Shown piece by piece: positions 1-12,101 of a stretch of DNA of 64,000 nucleotides. The DNA is from Salpingoeca rosetta. Taxonomy: Eukaryota; Protista; Choanoflagellata. The translations under genes were made by a program, and so were the position numbers. Location: NCBI GenBank assembly GCA_033442325.1, contig JAWQFM010000012.1, forward strand, positions 62,001 through 126,000, given 5' to 3'. Positions within the stretch are counted from its first letter, which is position 1. Each line of letters opens with the position of its first letter. The notes below the pieces were generated by a model. It searched no databases and was not told the DNA's origin. It worked only from the letters and a program-made list of their open reading frames with translations.

Positions 1-114
1 CTGTGTGTCTGTGTCTGTGTGTGTTCTTCCATGGCTTGAGTCCCCTATTCACACTCCTGGCTCTCTCTTCGTTGATCTCCACGTGTGTGCGCGCACGCGT
101 TCTGTGCGCGAGCA

Positions 115-270
115 GATCCAGACAGAGGACATGGATGAGCCTGACGACCGCTACCAGCCCATCGCCGACGGCGACGATGATGCAGCGGCACCGATCGCCT
201 CGTTCCTGGAGCGCATCGAGGCCGCCGTGTCGCGGCAGCTCGACCTCAACGCACGCAGCACCGCCTTTGA

Positions 271-307
<37 letters not shown>

Positions 308-807
308 TGTGACATGCGTGCGTGTGTGTGTGTGTGTGTGTTTGTGTGACATGCGTGTGGGTCCTGGAATCAGCGCTTTCTGTGCATACGCCTACCTGCC
401 CCTGCCTCCGCCTGTTTGCGCATGAACCCCAAGGTCTGCTTTGCCCACTCTTGTTTCGCTGCCGCCCTCCCTTACCTCCCTTACATCTCCCCGCCATCCC
501 ACGATAGGCTTTGAGTTTGCATCCCACGGGTTGCGCGAGAGCAAGATCACGCACACCCTGAAGAACCTCGCGCTTTCCGCTGAGATGCAGGCTGTGTCCG
601 CCGCCTTCAACAGAACAGGCAGCGTCGTTGCTGTCGCATATGGCCTCGCCGACAAGCAGGAGTGGTGGACAGCCACCTCCCATATCTGCACCGTGAGTGC
701 CGTGTGTGCATGTGAGTGATGTTTGTGTCTGTGTGTCTGTATGTGTGTGCACTTGTATGTGTGTGCACTTGTATGTGTGTGCATGAGTATCCCGTGTCGT
801 TTTGCGC

Positions 808-864
<57 letters not shown>

Positions 865-2772
865 GGGGTGTGTGTATCTGTGTGCGCCTGTATTTACATT
901 TGTGTGTGTGCCCCCCCCCCCCCAAATGACCTCACCTCCACCTCGTCCAACGGCTGCAGTGGAACCTGGACGGCATCCGATGTAATCCAAACAAACCAGA
1001 CAAAGCAATGGAGCTCGAGGTGTGTATAAGTAAATGTGTGTGTTTGAATAAATGTGTTGTATACATGTGTGTGTGTTGTGTAAACCTGTGTGTACATGTG
1101 TGTGTATCTCCCACTTTGCGTCACGACCTGGCTCACTTCGTTCATTGCCCACTATCCACCACGCCCGCAGTCGTGCGCAACGTGCCTATCCTACCACACA
1201 TCCGACATTTCACTCCTGGCAGCTGGCATGCTGAACGGTGAGCCGTGCTACCTGTGTACCCTGGTGTGTGTCTTGTGTGTGTGTGTGTGTGTGTGTGTGT
1301 GTCTGTCTGTCTGTGTCTGTGTGTGTGTGTGGGTGTGGGTGTGTGCGTCTGTGTGGGTGTGTGTCTGTGTGTTGCTCGTTCAATTCTCATCAGGGCCGCA
1401 TTGCGCGTGATGCACTTCAAAGGCGAGGTGGTCGTGCTGGACACGAGCCAAGATGAAGGCCAGGAGCTCGTGTGCGTCTCCCCCTTTGTTGCCGATTCAC
1501 ACAGCGAACCCGTCGCAGACATTGCGTGGCTCAGACACCACGGTGACAAGTCAGAGGTGTGTGTGTGTGTGTGTCTGTCTGTCTGTCTGCCTGTGAGTGT
1601 CTGTCTGTCTGTCTGTTTGTTTGTATGTATGCATGCCCGTGTCTCTCCTTCTCTGTGCAGGGTTCGGCCTGTCGAGCTGTACTTCTCGTCGTCCAACTCT
1701 TCCCCCATTTCACCCCTCCCCCATTCACCTCACCTCCCTTTACCCGACACCGCAACCCCTGTGTGCACAGCTGGTGACCGTGTCTGGTGACGGCAGCATC
1801 ATTCTCTGGCTCTACAACCACATGGGATCCCTCTCCCTCGCAAAACGGTCTGCATACACACGCACGCACGCGCGCGCGCACGCGCTTGTTTGTTGTGTCG
1901 CATCGTATTACTGTTGCTGTTGTTGCTGTTGCCGTTGCTGTTGTAGATGTGTTGGAGAGACCGCACTTCGTGGCATGACGCGTGCATTTTGTCCTGGCTC
2001 CCCTCCCCCTCCCCATTCTTGCCCAACTACCCATCGCGGTTGCAGGGTGTGCGTGAATGTGCTTGACATCCCCGCGTATCTTCGCCCATCAGATGCCGGC
2101 GCACAGCAAGTCGAGCTTGGAGGTGCGGTGGCCATGTGACGGAAATCGTGGTCGAGATATGTGTGTCCTCCTGCATTGCATATCCATCGTACACGGCACG
2201 GGCATGTGTTCACGATGGCATGTTTGCTGATGCGATGTGCCCACACGCAACCACACAGAACAAGAGTATTGCGCGTCCATTCACACACACACACACACAC
2301 CATGCATCTGCAATCGATTTGTCGGCGCTTGCATGTTGCAGTGACCTGTGTTGCGGGGAAGAGTGCAGTGCAAGGGCGCCAGTTGTACTTGGGCACGGAA
2401 ACAGGATGTGTCTGCCGCGTGCCAGTGACCTCAGCGCGAGCACCAGGTGAATGACTGCGATTGTGGTCAGCGTTCATGCGCGAATGTTCATCGACAAGCT
2501 TCCGTGTTAGCATTTCAAGTAATGCTCAAAGCGCGCGCACGCTCACTCACACACACGCACATATTCAACCACTCACTCTCACTCTCACTCTCACTCTGGT
2601 GTACACCTGGCGTGCAGTTGTTGGCAACGCGACGGATTTTGCGTACCGCCCACACCTCGGCCCCGTGCACGCAATTGCACACTCGCCGCACCTGGACAAC
2701 GTCTTTGCAACGTGCGGCACAGACGGCAAGATACACATCTACCACCAGCTGCAGGTAGGCCAGACATCATGC

Positions 2773-2823
<51 letters not shown>

Positions 2824-3363
2824 CGTGTTTTGAAATCTATTTTCTCTCCACACTCATCCATCCCCATCCATCACCCCTCATGCCCTCATCAACTATCCCC
2901 CATCCGTCCCAAGTCGCATCCGCTTGTGACGCTTGATCCACAGCGGGCTGCGCTGCTGTCGGTCGTGTTCCACCCGTCGCGCCCCGCCGTCATCATGGCT
3001 GCTGCTGCAGACGGCGCTCTCGTCGCATATGACCTCCTCGTGCGTCAACCTCGCACTGTCTACTGTGTACTCTGCGTCTGCTCTGTGTGTGTGTGTGTGT
3101 GTGTGTATGTGTGTGTGTGTGTGTTTTGCCTTCGTTCCCCCCTACCATCGGCTCCCCTCACCACCATCACCACCATCAGCCATCACCACTATCAGCCATC
3201 ACCACCTTTACCGACACTCACCACTGTGCCACTGTCTCTCTCTGTCATTCTCTTTGCCCAGAAATCAACAACACAGCCGACAGACGTTCTTGATGGCGGC
3301 AAGGACGACGACAACACATCCCCCCCTGCCATTCGCAAACTCGCCATTAACGCAAGGAGGTGC

Positions 3364-3400
<37 letters not shown>

Positions 3401-3635
3401 TGTGCGTGTGTGTCGCTTGCAACATGCTGGCGTCGTGTCGATGTGCATATGTGCCAGTCTGCTGTTACTCACCCACCCAAACGATATCTGTTGCGGCAGG
3501 CCCGGCACGCTGGCTGCTGCGTGCGATGATGGGAGTGTAAAAGTGTGGGCGCTTGGCGCACACTTGCGAGAAACCGTGCCGGGGGAGCAGCATCGCATGG
3601 TACAGTGGGTGGCCGACCTCTTCTCCAACGCGTGA
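115..3635 (+). CDS. WDR34: WD40 dynein-2 intermediate chain WDR34/DYNC2I2-like; 5'-partial, about 12 visible exons (approx. 115-272, 508-692, 960-1019, 1171-1237, 1423-1556, 1771-1847, 2046-2122, 2342-2447, 2618-2754, 2914-3039, 3262-3359, 3500-3635)
   Basis: Spliced peptide has [107 protein letters not shown] and [10 protein letters not shown], matching WDR34 motifs; GT-AG junctions keep frame. Confidence 0.85.
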
Positions 3636-3764
3636 TGACGGGATGACACATGAAATGAACACTTGTATTGATTGCAGTGAAACTGTGCAACATAATTTGT
3701 GTGTGCGTGAAAAGGAAGAACCGCGGAGACAAGCGTGGAGAGAGTACACACACACACACACACA

Positions 3765-3849
<85 letters not shown>

Positions 3850-4075
3850 TCTCTCCCTCTCTCTCTCTCCTCTCTCTCTCTCCTCTCTCTCGTGATGATT
3901 TGTTAAAGATATCAACAAAAGAGCCTATTTCCGCCTTGAAGGTCTTCCTGCGTCCTGCCCCACCCCCCGTCCTCGACCAAACAAAACAACATCTCTTAGC
4001 CACTCTTCTTGCCTGTTGCCACAGCAGTGCTTGTTTGCGTTTGTTGTGTGTTGGGAGTGTGTGGACCCCTTCTTG

Positions 4076-5377
4076 ATGTCTCTCTTTTCGGACCGGCAGC
4101 CCTTTGCAAACAACGCCGCCGCGTCCCTGTCGAGCTTCTCATCGGGGCAGACCCCATCTGCGTACAGCCACCACGACGGCGAAAACGATCACGACATGTC
4201 GCGCGTCGAACCAATGATGATGATGGAGGGTGAGCCTGTCTCATCCTCCAAGGGGCGCGGCCAGCGCGGCGGGTTCACGGATCGCTTCAGCCTCGGCCTT
4301 TTCCTTGCCGAGGCCGCAATCATCGTTCTCTACGGTGTCTTTGTGGAGTATGGCGACACCGCGGATCCCCGCCAGCCAGACAGCACCGCCGTCACAGACT
4401 ACTACGGGTGCGTTGTGTTGGGGCTGTTGTGGGCGTGGCTGGTTGGGTTGGGGCAGCTGTTGGCTTGCAGTATGTGTGCATGTGTGTGTGTGTGTGTGTG
4501 TGTGCATGTGTGTGTGTGTGTACGTGTGTGTGTACATGTGTGTGTGTGTGTGTGTGTGTGTACATGTGCACATGTGCGTGCGTGTGTACGTGTGTGTGCA
4601 CTCCTTGCACTGCCAATACCCGCCACTGCCACCATTTGTTTGCACTGCCATCACTCAAATCCGACGTATGCCTACTCCCCATCCTGCGATTCACGCTGTT
4701 TCTTCTTGCTTCTCGTCGATGGGTTACCACACTGCAGCATGTTCCGGGATGTGCACGTGATGGTGTTTATTGGTTTCGGCTTCCTCATGTCGTTCCTCAA
4801 CCAGTACACGCTCAGCTCTGTCGGCCTGACCTTCCTCGTCGGCGCGTTTGCGCTGCAAGTGTCCATGCTCGTGGTTCCCTTCTGGCACCGCGTGTTTGCG
4901 GGTGGGTGGGTGAAGATCCCACTGACGCTTGAGACGCTGGTGACGGGCGACTTTGGCGCGGCAACGGTGCTCATCAGCATGGGTGCTGTGCTTGGCCGCA
5001 CCTCTCCGCTGCAGCTGCTGGTCATGGTGGTGATTGAGCTGTTTGCGTACGGCTTCAACGAGGCGCTGCTCGTGAACGAGATCAAGGTTGCAGACGTCGG
5101 TGGCTCGATGATCATCCACGCGTTTGGCGCGTACTTTGGCGTGGCCTGCGCGTGGGTGCTTGGCCCACGCAACGCCGACCAGACCAACAACGCCTCTTCC
5201 CGCTACTCGGACACCTTTGCCATGATCGGTGCGGCCTGGTGTGGCAGGGCAGCCGTCATGGGGTTTTGGGATGCCATGCGTGTATGTGGATGAATTCTGT
5301 GTGTGTGTGTGTGTGTCTGCATGGGTATGAACTCTGTGTGTGTGTGTGTGTGTGCGTGTGAATTCTGTGCGTGTGAA

Positions 5378-5428
<51 letters not shown>

Positions 5429-6085
5429 AATTCTGTGTGTGTGTGTGTGAATACCGACGAATGAATACAGTGGTAGCTTGAGTTCATCGCATGTGTGCGT
5501 TTGTCGATACACAAACTCGCGACTTACCCCTCCCCCTTCCTCTTCCCTGACCCCCCCCCCCTCTCTCTCTCTCTCTCCACGAACCCCACACTCAATTCTG
5601 ACTCTGGCTTCAGGCACTGTGTTCCTGTGGATGTACTGGCCAAGCTTCAACGGCGTGCTCGCTGGTGACACGGGCAACAGCCGCCACCGCACCATTCTCA
5701 ACACGCTCCTCTCCCTCTCCGCCAGCTGCATCGTCACGTTTGTCGTGTCCCGCATGTTGCGCGGCGGCAAGTTCAGCATGGTTGATATTCAGAACGCCAC
5801 GTTGGCTGGCGGTGTTGCCATTGGCGCATCTGCGAACCTGTTCACCACCCCCTGGGGCGCCATGACCGTGGGCAGCATCGCAGGCATCATCAGCACCGTC
5901 GGCTTTGCGCGCCTGCAGGACCTGCTGCAGAGGAAGTTTGGCCTGTACGACACGTGCGGTGTGCACAACTTGCATGGCATGCCCGGCATCCTTGGCGGTC
6001 TCGCCGGCGCCCTCTTTGCCGGCATCTCAACTGTCGACGACTGTGCGTTTGTTTTTTCTGTATTTGTGGGAGGGGGAGGGGTCTG

Positions 6086-6154
<69 letters not shown>

Positions 6155-6459
6155 TGTGTGCGTGCGGTGTTTGTGGAACTAGTTTGTACTGCCTGTGAAT
6201 GCACGTTGCACTTCGACGTGATAACCCTTGCTCATCCACACACCTTACCTCCCCTCCTTCTCCCCTCCTTCTCCCCTGTGCACTCCCCGACACCATAATT
6301 TCCACCAACTGCTGCACCGCGTCAAGATTCCGCGACGACGCTGACCCATGTGATTCCCTCACGCGCGGACCGCACGGCGGGCCAGCAGGCCGGATACCAG
6401 CTCCTCGGCCTCGCCGTCTCCATCGGTCAGACGATGATGATGATGATGAAGATGACGAC

Positions 6460-6492
<33 letters not shown>

Positions 6493-6814
6493 GGTGGTGG
6501 TGGTGGTGGTGGTGGTGGTGGTGGTGGTGGTGGTGGCGGCGGGTTGCTGTCGCTACATGCTGCTGTACGTGTGTCTACCTGTGTTCCTCTGCATGCTCAC
6601 AACTAACACCCATGCCCACAACTAACACACACACACACACACACACAAACACACAAACACACACAAACGCAAACACAAACACACACACGCACGTGTTGCA
6701 GGCATGTCGCTTGTGTCTGGAGCGCTGACCGGGGTTGTGTTGCGCATGCCTGGCCTGCAGCAGCCATCCTCCCTCTACGACGACGAAGAGGACTGGGCAA
6801 AGGAAGAGGAGTAA
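4076..6814 (+). CDS. Rhesus (Rh)-type ammonium/CO2 transporter (Amt/Mep/Rh family), 5 exons; start codon uncertain
   Basis: MFRDVHVMVFIGFGFLMSFL, DVGGSMIIHAFGAYFG, FAMIGTVFLWMYWPSFN, DIQNATLAGGVAIG, DTCGVHNLHGMPG (twin-His retained); last exon ends YDDEEDWAKEEE-TAA at 6812-6814. Confidence 0.92.
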
Positions 6815-7368
6815 ATCACGCCCCGCACGTGCTCGCACACGCATACGCACACGCACACGCACGCGCGACAACCAAGCTTCTTCATTGCTGATGACCTTGG
6901 AGCTCACGCACAAATACACACACCCCCCTGTCTCTCCACGCGTGTTTTTGCGTTGTTTGCACTGTTTGTCCTGCGTTTCCTGTATGCCTGGGTGTTGTTG
7001 TTTTGCTATTCCCTCGATGCTCTCTCTTTGCAGTGCTGCTGGTTTGTTGCGTTTGTGGAAGACGAAAGTACAGAGTGATACGCTGGCAAGTTATCAGACG
7101 GTAAGATCAAGGAGGTGGGTGCAACAGACACACGTTGTTTGGGTAATGAGTATGACTTGGAAAGAGGTGGCAGAGTAGAGTGAAGTCAAACGACACAACT
7201 TGGACGAAAGCAATCAACAACTTTGAAAATGCCACCGCACTTATGGCGTGTGAGCAAACAGAGAGACGAGACTTTTGAAAAATGTTGCAGCGCAAATAGG
7301 TGTCGTTAGGGAAGACTCGCAAACAGTTGCGAGGAAGCGTGTTAAGAAAGGATGCATGTTGCTCATGC

Positions 7369-9066
7369 TCAAGGACAGTTGCCCTCAATGAGCTTGGCGA
7401 GGTCACCTTCGCGAAAGTGACCATTCTTGGATTTGTTGCGGATGTAGTTGATCTCTGAGAGGACTTGCGTCTCATAGGCTTCGAGTTGGCGAAGAAGCTC
7501 AGTGTCAACAGCAGGAGCTGCCACGTCTTCGAGCAGAGCGAAGCGGCAGAGGATACCACAACCCTTGTTCGTCAGATGGTGAATCACTTCTTTCAGGTGG
7601 GACCCATTGCCTGCATATTCGCCTACGAATGAAAGGAACAATTTCAGGGGAAGAAGTACCAACATGAGGGAGGGGGGAGGTCAGTGTCAGGTTCTGTTGC
7701 TAGCTTCGTCAGCATGCCAACAACATCGCGGCTTACATGTACAGGGTGCAGCGAAATTGTTCAACATACCTTGGAGCCGAGTGCGAATGTGCTTGGTGCA
7801 CCCAAAGTAAAAACCCTTGATGACGCCGTTTGGGAACAGCACTAACAGCTCGTAGAAGCCGGGTGCGTCGGGCAAGTCAGCCCGGCAGAACTGGTGGGAG
7901 GTCCGCAGTCCTTTTGCAGGCAACAGAAGTGACATGGCAGAGAAGCGGAGCTCTTTACCATCCATCTTCAGGGCTGCGTCATGCTCCAAGTCCTCACGAT
8001 ACAATGAGGGCCCCTCTGTCGTGATCGTGGAGGGTGGTGTGAGTTGCTGGAAGAGACGCACCAGCAGGGGGTAGACGACGAAAATGCAGCACAATCGCGT
8101 GGGTACATCTCATCCACACACGCACACACGCACACACACGCACACATACACACGCACACACACAGACACATACACACAGACACACACACACAGACACACA
8201 CACACAGACACACACACACAGACACACACACACACACACACAGCGGGTGTTGGGTCCTCACGTCGGTGGGTGTTGTTCTTGCGAGGGACCGCATTGGTGA
8301 TCGCACGCACAGCAAGCGTGGTACCGTCCGGAAGCCGAACATCACGGGGATTGCTACCATTGCCCGCGTATGAGCAAGTGGAGTGGAGGAGATTAGCCCA
8401 CCGCCTCACGTCCTTGTTCGTACCCATCGTCGTGGCGCGGAACACGAGCTCATACCCGTGCTCTTTCCATCCTTGCTGAGCGAACTTTTTCAGCAACCGT
8501 GACGGCACTAGTTCGTGTGTTGGTGTCAGGAATAACGAGAACAGGCAAGTGCAAGGCATGAGTTACGGATGAGACACCGGCTGAAACATGACATGACAAC
8601 TACTGCTATCAAGTTCATCAGCAGGCTGTCTGTTACCTGCGTAGACAGCAAACGAGCAAGAAAAGCCAGCGTAGACGGCAATCACTTGCGACCCTTTCTT
8701 GTATCCAATCTCAAAGCAGCAACAGGGGTGGCACTTGCGATAACGCTTGGTGGGAGGCTTCCATGATGAGAAAATCGGGAAGGACGTGTCCTTGAGGAGT
8801 CGCCGAAGTTCCTCGTCGTCGAGGTCCTCGCGACGCGGCTTCTGGGTTGTCTTGGATCTTGCTGGTTGCTGCTGTTGTTATTGGCGTGGTGCTGCACCTG
8901 CCGCGCTCGCCCCGCTGTCGTCATCCAGGGCCGCAGCAAGACGCTTCCCCTTGTGGTCAGGGGCGAAAGCTTTGGGCCTCACCTTAACCTTGACCTTGGA
9001 TCTTGCTGGTTGCTGTTGCTGTTGGCGTGGTTCAGCGTCAGCCGCGCTGGCTGAGCTCGTGGTCAT
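7369..9066 (-). CDS. GIY-YIG nuclease-fold protein with two EFFECTOR OF TRANSCRIPTION-like domains; exons 9066-8637, 8507-8242, 8046-7770, 7622-7369; in-frame TAA at 8878-8880 (possible pseudogene or extra intron)
   Basis: C-terminal domain [12 protein letters not shown]...[25 protein letters not shown]...GCGILCRFA...[27 protein letters not shown]; three phase-compatible GT-AG introns; exon total 1227 nt. Confidence 0.7.
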
Positions 9067-9109
9067 CTTCGAGGAATCGTAACTGGCATCTGCAATGCAC
9101 ACAATCTGT

Positions 9110-9129
9110 TCGACTGAATTCAGTCACAC
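9110..9129. promoter_or_regulatory. Palindromic motif TCGACTGAATTCAGTCACAC in the GIY-YIG/MRPL40 bidirectional promoter
   Basis: Perfect 14-bp palindrome GACTGAATTCAGTC (9112-9125); 19/20 match recurs at 31107-31126. Confidence 0.5.
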
Positions 9130-9184
9130 CCATTATCACACGAGACCACCAACCTAACTCGCAACACGACCACACAACACAACC

Positions 9185-9329
9185 ATGCGGCGTGCGCTCA
9201 CGTTGATGAAGAAGGCGGCGGAGAATGAGGGAGGCGTGTTGGACATGCTGAAGATCATTGCACGCCCGCCCGTCGCCAGAAAACGCCCAGAGCTCACACG
9301 AGAGGTGCGTGGTGTTTCTGTGTTTCTGT

Positions 9330-9366
<37 letters not shown>

Positions 9367-10056
9367 TGTGACTGTGTGAAAGTGCAAAAGTGTGTGTGTG
9401 TGTGTGTGTGTCTGTGTGTGTCTGTGTGTGTCTGTGTGTGTGAAAGCGTGAAAGTGTGAAAGTGCGAAAGTGTGTATGTCTACACTGTGGCGTGTATTGT
9501 TTGTACGTGTATCAATTGCATGTTCTTTGGGTTTGCGTGTGGTTTTGCACGCACTGTGTACCGTTCTTCTTGTTCCACCCGTCTCCCTTCTTCCTCCTTC
9601 TTCCTCCCTCTCCCTCCTCTGCCCTCTCAACAACTCGTTGGTTGCGACTCCGCCATATCGCGGACTCTCAATCAACCTTCTTACCCCGCTCCCCCGTCCC
9701 CGCTTCTCCATGCCCACCACATCCACTACACATCCAACAACCCTCCACCCCTTTCCCCCCCCCCCACACACACACACACACACACTTGCGCGTTGCAGGA
9801 GCTGGACAGGAGGGCAAAGCTGGTGAAGGAGTGGTCGAAGCACTGCCAGCGGCATGAGAACCGGGTGATGAAGCGGATGTCACAAGCTGTGAAGGCGAGA
9901 GATAGGGCGCTGTTTGCGCTTGCTGATATTGATGAGGAGCTGCTGTACAAGGCGTGCATGCCGGATTCCTCCCGCTGGCCGCTGAAGGCCTCCAAGCCCC
10001 TCGCAACCCCTCCCATCCCAGGCTACAACCCCCAGGCATCGGCCAAGCAAGAATGA
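9185..10056 (+). CDS. MRPL40: Mitochondrial ribosomal protein mL40; exons 9185-9304, 9799-10056
   Basis: RPELTREELDRRAKLVKEWS...ALFALADIDEELLYKA...WPL...TPPIPGYNP matches the mL40 C-terminal signature. Confidence 0.78.
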
Positions 10057-10177
10057 TGCGTGTTTGATGTAGCTTGTGTGTGCGTGTAACTTGTGTGTTT
10101 GTCTGTGATGTAGTGTATGCGTGTAGCTTGTGTGTTTATCTGTGACGTCGTGTGTGTCTGTGTGTCTGTGACGTAGC

Positions 10178-10222
<45 letters not shown>

Positions 10223-10648
10223 TTTGAGGTAGCTTGTTTGTGGTAACACTGCAACGTTTGTTGCACATGCTGCTAATGTTCTCCTTCGCAATGCCCACAT
10301 CCACCTCCATCACACACCACCTCTCCCATCTCTCCGTGGTTTCCTTGCTGTGCCTCGTCCCGAATGTCAATACAACCAATCCAACATGAATACTGCCTTC
10401 GTTTATCGTTCATCTACTACACCCAAACAAAAAGAAGATGGCCCGCACCGCATGGAAGCCGTCACATTCACACACACATACACACACACACACGTTTCTC
10501 ACTCACACACACACACACACATACACAACACAACGCACTCTGTCGCGAACACCTCCACTCCTCTCCACTCTTCCATCCCTTTGCACAACAGAGCATATGT
10601 ACAATGGTTGTCACAGCATCCAGGAAAAAAAAAAGCCAGCAACGCCTC

Positions 10649-11676
10649 TCATCTCCGGTTTTCCGCCTCTGCCCTCGCAAGTGTCAGCTGCAAGCGCGCA
10701 TGTGAATGCGTACATGTGTGCGCATGTGTGTGGTGCCGTGCGGTGCAATGTTATGTTGTGTGAGAAGCGTGAAGATATGTGAAGAGAGGAGGAAACGCTT
10801 GGGTTCAGGCAACACAGCGACGACGCTTGCGTTCTCACGAGTAATCAGAGCAGAAACGGACACACACACGCACGCACGCACGCACACGCACACACACGCA
10901 CGCACGCGCGCACAACGTACCATGTCAACGAGGACCTCGACCTTGAACTTGAGTAACCTGTTCTCCTCCTCGAGCTTACGGATGTGTTCCTTTGTGGCGG
11001 GATCGGACGCGTCATGTGCATCCTTGTCTTCTTTGTCCCGTGTTTTTCCTTCTTTCAGCTCCCCTGTCCAACAAAGCAGAGCAGGGCGGTGTAAGGTGGG
11101 GCGGTGCCATCGTGCAAACATCACTTAATCACCAACATCAACACGGGCACAGCAGCTGCCGCGACCGCGCATAGTACACACGCACACACACACATACACA
11201 CACATTCACACACACAAACACATACACAAACACACACACAAACACACACACACAAACACATCCACAGTACACACACAAACACATACACAAACACACACAC
11301 ACAAACACATACACAGTACACACACAAACATACACAGTACGCACACACAAACACATCCACAGTACGCACACACAAACACAAACACAAACACACAAACACA
11401 TCCACAAACACACACAAACGTGTCCACACAGAGATCACACACACACACCCTGCACACAAACGCCGCACCTTGCCATTTGCCGTTGTCGTAGGTGAGGGAG
11501 CAGTTGCCAAGGTTGAGTGTGATGGGCGCAGACGCCCAGTCGCTGTCCTCATCGTCGCTGACACGACCTCCTTTCCCCGACTTGGACGGCTTCCGCCCTT
11601 TGCTTGTGCCCCGCCGCTTTGTCGTCGGTGTGCCCTTGTTCGATGAGGACCGGAAGCTGCCCACACGCCGCCACAT
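10649..11676 (-). CDS. CBY1: Chibby-family basal-body coiled-coil protein; exons 11676-11469, 11063-10921, 10687-10649
   Basis: PITLNLGNCSLTYDNGKWQ and KLEEENRLLKFKVEVLVDMLT are the two Chibby signature blocks; splice phases consistent. Confidence 0.82.
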
Positions 11677-11949
11677 GCTTCGCTTGTCGTCTCAAATGGA
11701 GGTGTTCGCTGCACTCGCTGCAGTTGGTGTTGATGTGGGGTTGGTGCACGTTGGTGTTGTTTGTGTGGTGTTTGTGTGTGTTGTCGTTGTCGTTTTGGCT
11801 TTTGGATGATGGATGAAATTTTGCCAATTGTGCGGCTCGATTGCGCTTTGCAAATTGCACAGACTGTGGTGGATAGCGACCTTCAAGGTTTCTGCTGCTA
11901 CAAAATTGTGTGCGCATCATAGACTAAGTGCGCACCGGCTGGTGCGCTT

Positions 11950-11971
11950 GTGCCTTTTTCTTTCGTCTCTC
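11950..11971 (+). promoter_or_regulatory. TCT/5'TOP-like pyrimidine initiator of RPL37
   Basis: GTGCCTTTTTCTTTCGTCTCTC about 30-50 nt upstream of the ATG; the same GTGCCTTTTTC lies upstream of RPL5. Confidence 0.6.
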
Positions 11972-11998
11972 GCGTGCCAAGACGACAACACCGCCAAG

Positions 11999-12008
11999 AT
12001 GGTGCGTC

Positions 12009-12101
<93 letters not shown>

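Noticed and set aside
7000-9180. GIY-YIG gene as part of a Penelope-like retroelement or homing-endonuclease element
   Set aside because: No reverse transcriptase, terminal repeats or target-site duplication seen; the gene has spliceosomal introns
11972-11986. Possible RFX X-box upstream of Chibby
   Set aside because: Weak match to the consensus and lies within the RPL37 leader
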